A stretch of 63,985 bases of DNA, filler included, from Choristocarpus tenellus KU-1152 (Eukaryota > Protista > Phaeophyceae): NCBI GenBank assembly GCA_964200185.2. It is 8 parts of 8 records of this genome, joined end to end, with 100 filler letters (N's around TTAATTAATTAA, not from the genome) between each part and the next. Parts side by side here need not be neighbours in the genome. Positions count along the whole stretch, not along the records: positions 1 to 21,799 come from CAXNAD020000322.1; 7 more parts are not named here. One strand, 5' to 3'. Both the position numbers and the translations under genes were made by a program. Below the pieces are notes generated by a model. That model was given only the letters and a program-made list of their open reading frames with translations, had not been told where the DNA came from and searched no databases. Of the stretch, positions 1 through 11,217 are shown in pieces (positions within the stretch are counted from its first letter, which is position 1; every line of letters starts with the position of its first letter).

Positions 1-34
1 GTAGACCCCCCCTCCCTCCCAGATACTTTGGGTC
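1..34 (-). mobile_element. MITE family B terminus (cut by window edge)
   Basis: The reverse complement matches 63901-63930, GACCCAAAGTATCTGGG...GGTCTAC. Confidence 0.85.
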
Positions 35-847
35 AGTTAATGGGTCAGGGTAGGAGTAGTGTACCTGCACTAATCTTGTGGAGTAAGTGCAGCTTAGATA
101 TCGCTCGAAAGATAGGGCCGGGACTGATGCTAGGTGTACATTGATCGGTGGGATCACGTGGATTTGGTTTTTCCAATGCTTACATCGTTCAACCTAACCC
201 ATAGGGCAAAAGAAAATCGAATGCGTGGGCTCACTGTAGGATGATGTAGAGGGGGCCATTCCGTTTAAGGGTAATGTGTGGAAGTTACGGGGTTAGTGAT
301 GGGACGTTTACTAAGCACAGGCACCCTGTGAATCAGTAGTTATGTCATGATGAGTAGCCATAGAATTTATGGGTTATAGCTACAAACTGGGAAATAACGT
401 GGCATAGAAAACAAAACAATAATAAAACCTACATGGGTATTCCAGAGTACCGAATGAGGCCACAGGATGCGTGGAGATTCTAGGTGGAGTCACAGCTAAC
501 GAAATTAAGTACAGATAATGGCAGAGTCCTGGATGGACATGCAGTAGGTGGGAATTTTAGGGGGAATGAATGTCTCGAAAATAAGAAGTGGGGATTGGCA
601 GTAGATGTACAGTAAAAAAAAACTACTTGAGATGCAACAGTTGAAAAAAAACGAAAAAAGGACTGGGCGAGAACATAATAAAAATATGCAGATAAAGAAG
701 GGCACACAAATATAAACAGAGGGGTAGGGAAATGAATAACTATACCTCCTACACCACCCTGTGTACAAATGTGGGATAACCGTGTGAATAATAGGCTACT
801 GTTAAAGATGGGAGGTTACATCTGAGGGCTTTAGATTGTATTTAAAA

Positions 848-892
<45 letters not shown>

Positions 893-1551
893 TATTGACA
901 TAGAAGTGTCTAGGGAGATGTAATTTGTTCAGGTGAGTTCTGTACCATCTCAAAAAATAATAATAATAACAATAAAAAACACACTTCGCTAATCCTAAAT
1001 ACATAATGTAACTATGAAGATCTCACACCCAAGTCAACCGACAAGCAGCTACGACTGATCCAGGCCAATAATGCACAATACACGTTCTAGTCCTTACGGA
1101 ACCCATCCAGACTAGTCCCTCCCAGAAAATGTTTTGCGCAAGGTGATCAGGTGCGTACGGCTGGAGGATGATGTGAACCGACCGCGACATGCCATCCTCT
1201 CTGGGCCTGACTCCATGCGCAAAACATTTTCTCTCCTTTTGTTTGTTTGTCCTGTCCCATTTCGAACATGCCCACCCGATGCAGACATCCCGCAATCAAC
1301 CGAGAAGCTTAGTCCAACCACCGAACGCCGCAATGCCTCCAAAGGGAACCAGAAGGTGAGTCCATACAAGAAACGTTCACCCTTCGTGCATAGCCTACAC
1401 TGGGGCGTCTCTGAATGACCAACATCGCAAACACGCCGTCATGATTTAGCGCCTTTGGCGGATGTTGCGGCTATCGTTCGTTCACGTAGCATGTATTAGC
1501 ATGTGGCTGACATGATAGTGCACCCAAGTTGCTGTACTTGTTACCTTTACA

Positions 1552-3004
1552 ACCGTGTACACACCAGCTGCAGATGGTGATGTCACCAACATACATAAAC
1601 CCGACGCCTTGTATTTACTTGCGTTTCCGACCGTGTACACATCACCTGTCAACAGTGGTAACACCAACATTTTCAGATTCGATGCTCTGGATTTATTTGC
1701 GTTTCCAACCGTGTAAACACCACCTGCCAATGCTAGTAATACCAACATTGTCAGATTGGATGCCCTCTTTTTTTGTTCATTTCCAACTGCGTGAACATCA
1801 GCTGCCAGCAGTGGTAATACCAACATTTACAGTTTCGATGCCCTGGATTTGTTTGCGTTTCCAACCGTGTGCACACCAGCTGCCAGCAGTGGGAACATAA
1901 ATATTTTCAGATTCGATGCCCTATACTTATTTGCGTTTCCAACCGTGTTTACACCAGCTGCCAGCAGTGGTAATACCAACATTTTCAGATTCGATGCCCT
2001 GTATTTTTTTAATTTGCAACTGTGTACACACCAGCTGCCAGCAGTGGTAACACCAACATTTTCAGATTCGATGCTCTGTATTTTTTTCATTTTGCAACCA
2101 TGTACACACCAGCTGTCAGCGGTGGTAATACCAACACTTTCAGATTCGATGCCCTCTTTTTTTGTTCATTTGCAACCGCGTACACATCAGCTGCCAGCAG
2201 TGGTAATACCAACATTTTCAGATTCGATACCCTGTATTTATTTGCGTTTCCAACCGTGTACACACCGCCTGTCAGCAGTGGTAACACAAACTTTTTCAGA
2301 TTCGATGCCCTGTATTTTTTCATTTTGCAACCGTGTACATACCAGCTGCCAGCAGTGGTAATACCAACATTCACAGATTCGATGCCCTCTTTTTTTGTTC
2401 ATTTCCAACTGCGTGCACATCAGCTGTCAATGTCAGTAAGATCAAATTGACAAATTCAGTACCCTGTATTTGTCATCCTTACAACCGTACACACCAGCTG
2501 TCAGCAGCGGTAATACCAACATGTTAAGATTCGATGCCCTGTATTTTTTTCATTTGCAACCGTGTACACACCAGCTGTCAGCAATGGTACTACCACCATG
2601 TTAAGTTTCGATGCCCTGCATTGTTTAGCCTTTCCAACTGTGTGTACACCAGCTGCCAGCAGCGGTTATGCCACCATTTTCGGATTCGATGCCCTGGAAT
2701 TTTTTCATTTGCAACTGTGTACACACCAGCTGCCAGCAGTGGTAATACCAATATGTTAAGATTCGCTGCCCTGGGTTTTTTTCATTTGCAACCGTGTACA
2801 CACCAGCTGCCAGCAGTGGTAGTACAAGCATTTTCAAATTGGATACCCAACACTTGTTGCCTTTATAACCATGTACTCACCAGCTTCAGACGGTAATGTC
2901 GCTAACATTTTCAAATCCGATGCCCTATATTCATTACCTGTACAGCCATGTACACACCACTAGCTGCCAGCAGTGGTAACACCAGCTTTTTCAGATCCGA
3001 TCCT
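1552..3004. repeat. Tandem array, ~19 units of ~77-79 bp
   Basis: Consensus is approximately CCGTGTACACACCAGCTGCCAGCAGTGGTAATACCAACATTTTCAGATTCGATGCCCTGTATTT(A/T)TTT(GCGTTTC|CATTTG)CAA. The period is 78 between 1861 and 1939, and the edge units are degenerate. Confidence 0.97.
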
Positions 3005-3251
3005 CTATGTTACAGGGCACGACGTTTTGGCCGGTTGTCCTTTGGGTCTTGACTGCCCACGCGTTTTGAATGACATTGCACCTACTCTAAAATGTTTTCG
3101 ATATGTACAGTGTCTACACTATGGAAAGGAGCGTCCGGAAAAAGGACATTGACATCTCCAAACAATGAAGAGGGGAAGAATTACAGTTCAAATGCGACAC
3201 TTGAATTCGGCTGCCAAATGGACGTGGCCCTACCCCTACGATATGTCGACC
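3005..3251 (-). mobile_element. Old, diverged copy of MITE family A
   Basis: Collinear with 49325-49586 (gggcacgacgttttggcc...gacattg...ctactctaaaatgtttt...attgacatctcc...ccaaatggacgtggccctacccctacgatatg) but heavily substituted. Confidence 0.75.
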
Positions 3252-3379
3252 AGCACCCATGATATCAATCCTAACCCTAACCAAAAAAAATCACCCACAT
3301 TTTCAACACTAACCCCAATCCACTATAGATTTCACCTTGCATCGCACACATCAATCAACATAGAATCAATCCAACAGCT

Positions 3380-4190
3380 TTAATCTGAAATGCTACAGCA
3401 AATTCGACTGAACCTTTTTCTGAAATTGGAACATGTGTTGCAGTCACTTATGTTGAGAGTAATCAGACAACTGATCCGAATTAAAAGCAAGATTCCACGA
3501 TGCAATTGCACGCACGACAACATCCGTCTGTCCGGGGTGATGTGGTGACACTTTTGATACACGCAAGAAAGGGCTTTGATACCGTTGGAACATTTCTGAT
3601 AGGGTTCACATCGGAAATGGACATACACTCCCCCGATAACCTTACCATGTTTTCGATGTTGATGGCCTTTACCGTACGGCAGAAAACATGAAATTCATCA
3701 CTGTCTGCCATATGTCAAGCGTAAACCTGTGCATGGTTGCCCTTCCGACATCTAACTCAGGTTGGTGCGTAAATTCCTTCATGTTCACCTTTCACTTTCG
3801 AGATTCGACGTTATGTTTTCCTGCTCCGGATTACTGTTTCAAATCAACTCCCCCCCCCCCCCAACAGTTTCACCGCGTCTTGGCCTTTACCGTTCGACAG
3901 AACACATGAAACTCACTCATCACCGTCTGCCATATGTCAAGCATAAACCTGTGCATGGTTGCCCTTCCGACATTTAACTCGAGTCGGTGCGTAATTTCCT
4001 TTCATGTTCACCCTCCACTTTTTAGATTGGGCGTAATGTTTTGCTGCTCAGGATTACTGTTTCAAATCGACACACGCACACCTCCAACAGTCTTGCCGCG
4101 CTTGGGATATTGACGGCCTTTACTGTTCGACAGAACACATGAAACTCATCAATCACCGTCTGCCACATATCAAGAATAAATCTGTGCTCG
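3380..4190 (-). pseudogene. Antisense relic of a paralog of the ParB-like gene (exon 4/5 region), partly amplified as ~225-bp tandem units (x2.3)
   Basis: Units begin near 3661, 3881 and 4113. Their minus strand reads LDIWQTVMSEFHVFCRTVKA and LDMWQTVIDEFHVFCRTVKA, against exon 4 IDMGQAIMKEFDVFC*TVNT. A weaker match (ATHV...KKVQSN vs exon 5 AAHV...KKLHSD) lies at ~3400-3450. Confidence 0.7.
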
Positions 4191-7181
4191 ATTTTTATTA
4201 CTAAATAGTGGCCTTCGAGGAAGGCACTATGCCGTGCTCATGTCCACAGCGTCGCTACTCACTTTTCATATTGTGTTTGCATAGCCCACACATGGACATG
4301 AACCTTGCACTCCGTACAGATCCCGTCATCATTAATAACATAGTCCATCACTGTTCGTACAAGTACACCCTTCCTGTGCTGCGCTGACAATATCATCCAC
4401 CCCACGTCTATATTGTTCTCCTTACCTGATACCATGGTCCTGACATTTTCCCCTCCACCTTCACAGACAGCTGGCCACAGGCCCAAAAAATAATGAGCGC
4501 AAAAAGACCACAGACCTAGTCATCTCCAACCTCAGCGCGACATGTACGATGGACCTCGCCACATCTGACTTCTTGACACAGAGGTACAACGCCAACCTTC
4601 TCAACAACAGTAGAATGGAGACCATGTTGTCGAAGCTGGGGCCGGACCCACAGGTCGCCGCCGATAGGCTCGCAGGGTTGCTGATTGGGCAACCGTTTTC
4701 ACTGTGTGCGAGATGGAAAACCATAAGCGACTTCGAAGCAGACATGCATGCGCAGGGGAAACGTGCCCTCTAGTGTACCCCATGGCGAACTACTTGAAAA
4801 CTACATTGCCAATGGCAACCTGGCCACGGACCATAATGGCGACAATAGGGATATAGATGACAACAACAACCTCCTGTTTTGCCTCAATGGACAACACCGT
4901 ATAATGTTGTTGAGGACGACTGACTGCGTCGCCAAGGAGGAGAACATCCCATGTGGCATCAACCCCCCGGCCCATGTGACAATGCAATGGGCCTCGGAAG
5001 TAGGGGCAAACCTCCAAAGTGGACACCGCAGGACCTTCATGTGGAAAATATATCCACATTGCAGTCGGGAAAAGGCTGAATCAATCTCCATAGGAGAGAG
5101 CGTTGCAGCCAGAAGATCGCACGTGCCAAACATCCTAGATATATTCCATCGGATGGTGTCTTGGGTTGCCGCCATCCTGGAGTATAGGCGCGACTTCAGA
5201 TGCGACAGGTCTCACCCCTACGTCCGGGAAGCGGAAGAAGACTCTGATCTTCGCACACGCATGGCGACAGTTGTCACCAAGTGCAACCAGTATTGTCTGG
5301 GTGACATAGACTTCCGGAGTACAAATGCCGTGTTACAGACGGTTATTAAGAGGAGGGTAGCTGCCAAGATAAAGTCATTCCTCAAAGAAGCTTGGGAGGA
5401 CACACACATGGAAACCGGGATGGATAGACTCACCGACCAAACCTCCGTCCAGTTCTACAACGCGATCGCCACCCTTATCTACATATGCGCGGGAGAAGGT
5501 GAGGTTCTCACGGCTCCTTCCACAGGAAACGATTCGTGAAACGATTGTGAAGCATCCCCTACTTTTTGTCGCCCATACCGATATTAATTCCGCGTCGGCG
5601 ATCCAACCAACCCAATCCCTTTCTTCCCCTCATTATGTTCCTCCAGAGACAAAAAAAATGGAGCATATCCTTCTCAGTGTGTGGAAAGAGCACAAGAATC
5701 GCGACGGGTCAACGGTAAGCGCGGTGCAGTCATCCCCACATTTTTACATCCAATACACCACCACTAACGGTCCAACAACACCGTAGTAACCCCTGCCTTC
5801 ATATATAGAGCTTGATTTGACCTCTTATATATGTTTATCGCTATAGACCTTATGACATATGCCATCAACCAACAGACCCACTCCTGCTCCCATGTTCTTC
5901 TGTCCTGACCATGTCACCTTATTCTCCACACACCCAACGCGCACCATACTAGGACAAATTCGACTTTAGAGCGGTTCACATGTTCACTGTGCTGTGGAAC
6001 GCTAACCCGGATGCCGCCATCGAATCCCTCAAGAACTGCGCGGGGTTCAAACACTCCTACAGGTTGAAGGTGGGCCAAACATTCCCAACTATGTTGTCCC
6101 CACACGACGCCACAATTGACATGGGGCAGGCAATTATGAAGGAATTTGATGTGTTTTGTTGAACGGTAAACACCATCAGTTTCCAAAGAAGCCTAAGCTC
6201 GTAGGGTTCTGCTGTGCTACGCGCATCCCCTGGTAACCCTTCTCTGATCAATGCACGGTTAGCCATAAATCATCAACATCCTCAAAGCTCGTTCTTTACC
6301 AGTCTCCTAACGACACACCGTCACACATTACACACATTTGATGTACACGTAGCTCACAAACGAGGTCAAGGAGCAGCATTTCGCAAGAATGTTCACTGAC
6401 GTCCTCGCTGGAGTCGGACTATCCATCCTCAGAGGGGAGATCCCCCAAGGCTATCGCTGGCGTGACATTGTCGAGGTGGCAGCGCACGTCTTCTCAGAGC
6501 AGGCAGCCAAAAAATTGCATAGTGATGCGCTCTCGTTGACGTATGTTGTCAGAACGGAGACATTTCCAGAGGAATGGGTAAGTCAATCTTTGACCGTGAC
6601 GATTCAAGTAACGTATGGATGTATATGCATTTACCCCCCCGCTGACCCTGCAACAGCAGCAATATGTACCGTCTAGTATGCGCCTCGTGAGGCAGACACC
6701 CATGTCATACATGTGACTTACCGTTGCACTACCCATGTGCTTCTCCATGACAGTTCTCCCACACTCTAAGGGGCACCCGAAACAAACAGACCCCGGCCGA
6801 ACAGGACAAGGGAAAGAAGAAGACAAGAGGCAAGGGGAAGAAGAACAGACCAGGGGTCGGTGATCCAGACCCAGCGTCTGCCGCCCAGGCGGAGGAGGAG
6901 TGGGCGTCTCAACCCTCGAATGTCAAACTGGCATACAGAAGACGTATGCACACCAAGAATGTCCTCATCAAGGGGGCTGTCCTGGAGGTCGCCATACAAG
7001 TCATGAAGGACCTAAAAAGGAAAGACGAGCTCGGGATAGACCCCAACGCTGATGACTCCTCAGCAGGGTCTTCAACAGAGGGTCCTCCTGCCAAAAAATA
7101 CATCCTCAGCGACAAGGTAATCAACTCAGTGTGAGGTTGACCATTTCATCTCTCCACCGTATTTCAGTTTGTATGAAGACA

Positions 7182-7360
7182 GACCTAAAGTATCTGGAGG
7201 GGGGGGGCGGTCTACACCACGGTGTCCATTTGGACCAAAACCAGGAAAAGTACACTTACATTATCCATCCAACGTATGCAACCAAATCACACAAAAATCG
7301 CGACATAAAAGAATTTACCCCAAATGGACAGCCGCCATCCCCCCCCAGATACTTTGAGCC
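7182..7360 (+). mobile_element. MITE family B (~180 bp) in intron 6 of the ParB-like gene
   Basis: TIRs GACCTAAAGTATCTGGAGGGG and CCCCCCAGATACTTTGAGCC; the interior is shared with 19247-19430 and 26854-27019. Confidence 0.9.
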
Positions 7361-8008
7361 ACACATCTCAATAAACGCCCTGGTAGCGCACATTAATGCA
7401 ACCCCCTAACATCCGCAGGTGAAAAGGGACCTCGTCTTGAGGGAGGATGTGGAGGAGGGTACAAAATATCTGGACATCGTCAAATACTCTGAAGGTGTTA
7501 CCCTCAACAGCAGTGACGAACACACAGGCAAGCAATTATATCATTGAACAACATCGCCATGGGTTAACATCCAAACATAACACGGGTCACAAACATTTTC
7601 ATCTCGCCAGACAAAAACGACACGTCCGAGCACGACCTTGACAAGTTTGGGTCCGATACGAACGCCGCCCTTCTCCAGACCCGACCAGGAGGTGTCGTGA
7701 TCACATGCACCGCCCTCGGAGACAATCTAGATCCGGATCGTCTCAAAGTTCTCGAGGACGAACTCTCCGCCTTCCGCAATTTTCAACTGATGAAGACACC
7801 GATACCTGGTGTCGTATCCACGCCTATACCTTGCGCAAGACCCAACCCATTAGGTGACGAAGAGGAACAAGTTAATGCATCGCCTAGCCCTGCAGTAGGT
7901 ACGGGAACCAGGACTCCAACAACGGGAAGGCACACGATCACACCCTTGGTACACGACTCTAAAGGCAATGGGAACCGACCCGTTTCCAAGGCTTTGTCAC
8001 ATCTAGAG

Positions 8009-8550
8009 GACTCAGAGTCCACGCCTTACGGGAGTGTTTGGGGAATGTCGCCAAACGCCCATTCGGTGCCCAGCGGTGGCGACGGGTCCCAAATGCCGGA
8101 AATCGTTACAGCCATACTGTGTGCCGAACTGACAACCCTACCCGCGCCCATCCCTCCTCAACCCCGAGGGACAAGCCTTCCCGGAAGGGCAAAGGAAAGG
8201 GGAAAAGGATATTTAGGAAGAAGAGGGTGGTAGAAGACTCCGAAGACGATGGGGACAAACGTTTTTCCAACGTTTTCTCAGCTCCAGAGGCACTTGTAGA
8301 GGAGGATGTGAGTGGGCGTTCAGGCGTCGACTCAGATACCACGCCTTGGGGGAGTGACCCCAGAATGTCCTCAAGCGCCCATTCGGTGCCCAGCGGCGGC
8401 GATGGATCCCAAATGCCGGGAAATCGTTACGACCATACTGTGCGCCGAATCGACAACCCCACCCACGCCCATCCCACCTCAACCCTGAGGGACAAGCCTT
8501 CCCAGAAGGGCAAAGGAAAGGGGGAAAGCATTATAGTTAGGAAGAAGAGG
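8009..8550 (+). repeat. Internal ~220-bp coding duplication (8009-8230 and 8329-8550) in exon 8
   Basis: AHSVPSGGDGSQMPGNRY...RDKPS.KGKGKG..RKKR occurs twice; copy 1 has GG at 8098-8099 where copy 2 has GGG at 8418-8420. Confidence 0.92.
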
Positions 8551-10026
8551 ATGCGAGAAGGTGCTGAATGGACCAGTCCACTCAAACAGCCTCGTGATAC
8601 TGATGTGAGCGCTTTGGAACCTGCTTTCTTCACAGACGTCTTCGCTCCCACGAAAATGGGTAGATACACCAGACACATGTCTTCATGCATAGAGATACGG
8701 CAATGACGACGAAAGTCCATCTCGTGGTGCTGAGGATTACGCCACACGGGACACGGCCGACTCCGGCGATGCATTCAATGTGGGGATCACTGAAGCCTTC
8801 ATGGAGGCGTGCGTTACCAAGCTCCTGTGGTCGGCAACGAAACCTGCTTCTGCACAGTATCGAGTGCAGACTCAAGTACTCACCCAGATCATCTACAACC
8901 ACGGGTTCCGGATCAGTAAGGCTGGTAAAGGGGCGGATTCTCTTGTTTTCGGGGACGAATGCTATGTCCATGAGCCCACACAGGTTAAACTCAGCGATCG
9001 TGGAGGGAAGCCAGGCAACACATTGCATCCCGAGCATGTGGAAGCACTCCAGGCGTGGAAGGCTATCTTCTTGAGTCTTGTGAGGCTCGAACCTTGGAAC
9101 GACAGATACTCGACACGCCTAAATCTATGGCACCTTCTTGTCGAGGCGTACCCTAAGCTCATGGAGTGGTGGGAGAGGGGTGACGAATGCATTTTCGAGT
9201 CCACCTACCAATTAAAATAGGGATTTGGACGTTTCAGTTTTTGTCGAAGTACGGGTAGAGTTACAGGTACACTGACTTGTGCATCAGTGTACCTTTCCTT
9301 GGTGTCTGACTACCATGTTCATGCACTTTCCATTCCATTAGTTACGCATTTAGACAGTGGTATCAGATACATTTCTACCAGTCAAAGTCATCAGCGTATC
9401 ATATATCATGCTCACATTGAGGATTAGACCTGTGTTATTATTACTTTAAGACAAGATGTCTGCTACAAGGTTTAGACAACTAAAATATATTACATTGAAC
9501 AACTCTTCTCCATCTTCTCAGATAACCTTTCCAAACAATTCGCCAGGACCTACGATGGATACCCTATCCTTCTCAAAGTCGCTATTCCTTGAACACTATA
9601 ACGTACCTCCCCCCTTCTTCTCAATACTCTACACACCATCTCATGCTTGTCCAAATATTGACAAACTAGAACCGATGTTGTCATCCTTCGAATCTTGGAG
9701 GATCATATACCCAAGTCCACGCATGATGCTCCTAAGCAAGGCATCAACCCAGGACCTCTCTGGGAGTGCACCTTGAACTACTTTCAGAGAAACGTACGAC
9801 AATATATTTTGACCAATAACCACTCGTATACACCTCCAGATATCTCTCACATTACATGAGAGATATAATGCATTAACCCGAAAACAAAACCCGACCTTTT
9901 CCCCTTCCTTTGCACCAACAATTCCAACACTAACACCCTCAGCGACAACCACGTCGTATTACATACTAAGTCTAACACATGCACGTAAATAGACGAAGTA
10001 TTACATTTCAAACTGTACATGATATA

Positions 10027-10347
10027 GAGTAAAAGTATCTCAGAGGGTATGAGTTTTACCGAGTTTTGTTCCTTTGGTGCTTGACTCCTCATGTGTTTTT
10101 TTTATGACATTTTCCTATTCAAAAATGTTCAGGAGTAGGTGAAGTGTATATTTTAGGGAAAGGTGTGTCTGGAACAATGATGTCGACACTTCCTAACAAG
10201 CACGGTAGGTAAAATTACATCAAAATCACAACATCGGACAATTGATACTTCCTAACGAACACATTAGATAAAATTACATCAAAATTAGTCCATTGGATGA
10301 TTGACCCCCAAATGGACAGCGCTCTACCCTCTAAGATACTTTGACTC
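10027..10347 (-). mobile_element. MITE family A with TATA TSD and an internal ~55-bp duplication
   Basis: GAGTAAAAGTATCTCAGAGGGTA...TACCCTCTAAGATACTTTGACTC, flanked by TATA at 10023-10026 and 10348-10351. Confidence 0.92.
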
Positions 10348-10799
10348 TATATGTCATGGTTCCTCTTGCACACTCCGGGAGAACAGGCCCCAACTGACAG
10401 TCCTCTTTGTGTATACACCGCACATGACTCAGGCAAGCAAATAAACGAAAAAACAACCTCCCAACAACTCATTATTTTTTTCATTTCCTCATCCCACAGT
10501 GGCAAAACACACCCTAACTGATAGCCTTCTTTATATGTCAAACAAATCCCACTCATGCAACCAAACAGACCAATATCCAGCCCTGGAACAACCTAACCAC
10601 ATCTCTTGTTCTTTTATCGTAACTGCACGACCACATACATAAATCAATAGTCCAGTTTGAACAGACACGAAATCCGACACATGCAAACGTCGAAACTCCT
10701 AACCAAATCCAACTAAAATGGTAGCATATAGTCCCATAACTCTTGCGTACGCATGGACAGAAAGGAACCTAACCAACAGTCTTCTTCTTTTTGCTGACA

Positions 10800-10901
10800 T
10801 TTCAAATCCAACACGTGTGACCAAATCACACCAAAAAGTGAAAATCGTAAATAGGTAAAAAACGGACGCCGGCAACCCCCCCCCCTCAGATACTTTGACC
10901 C
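10800..10901 (+). mobile_element. Diverged right end of MITE family B
   Basis: atccaacacgtgtgaccaaatcacacc...cccctcagatactttgaccc resembles 7266-7360; no left end is visible. Confidence 0.7.
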
Positions 10902-10959
10902 AGTTCGTCATTCAGAGTTGTCACGCATGGAAGATCCACTTTGTTCTCATGTGTTGACT

Positions 10960-11217
10960 GAGCCAAAGTATCTTAGAGGGTAGGGTCGCGTCCATTTGGG
11001 GGCCAAAATCCAATGTTGCGATTTTGATGTAATTTTGGCTGTCGTGTTTGTTAGAAGTGTCGGTATCCTTGTTCCAAACACACCTTTTCATGACATACAC
11101 ATTTTACTTACTCCGAAACATTTTTGAGTAAGAAAATGTCATTAATAAACCCATGGGAAGCCAAGCCCCAAGTGCACAAACAGGGCCAAACTTGTACCCT
11201 CCAAGATACTTTCACTC
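10960..11217 (+). mobile_element. MITE family A (~258 bp)
   Basis: GAGCCAAAGTATCTTAGAGGGTA...TACCCTCCAAGATACTTTCACTC; no clean TSD. Confidence 0.92.

Larger units (their letters stand above)
1333..9220 (+). pseudogene. 8-exon gene (~1,200 aa), disrupted, with an N-terminal ParB/Srx-like (DGQHR-type) motif; probably mobile-element associated
   Basis: Proposed exons: 1333-1355 (MPPKGTR), 4467-5498, 5647-5714, 5953-6165, 6353-6577, 6754-7116, 7419-7527 and 7611-9220. All seven junctions are phase-compatible (2,1,0,0,0,0,1): six GT-AG and one GC-AG. CLNGQHR lies at 4880-4900. Lesions: 4-bp duplication at 4744-4751, TGA at 6160, 1-bp deletion at ~8098 and a frame break at ~8690. Exon 1 and the 3' end of exon 4 are the least certain parts. 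Confidence 0.7.

Noticed and set aside
1482-2896. Repeat-protein ORFs over the 78-bp array
   Set aside because: They are open in several frames on both strands only because the unit is about 26 codons; poly-T length changes break every frame.
1552-3004. CRISPR or TIGR-like guide array
   Set aside because: The variable segments are recurring T-rich variants, not unique spacers. No cas- or Nop-domain gene was seen, and the context is eukaryotic and intronic.
9450-10000. Gene or retroelement in the C/A-skewed ORF-like stretch (similar skew at 22560-22900)
   Set aside because: It has multiple stops and no recognisable motif; it is probably decayed repeat DNA but cannot be assigned.
1-10901. One large TIR element bounded by the family-B ends at 34 and 10901
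   Set aside because: Both termini face the same way (each ends ...AGATACTTTG), so they cannot be the two ends of one element.
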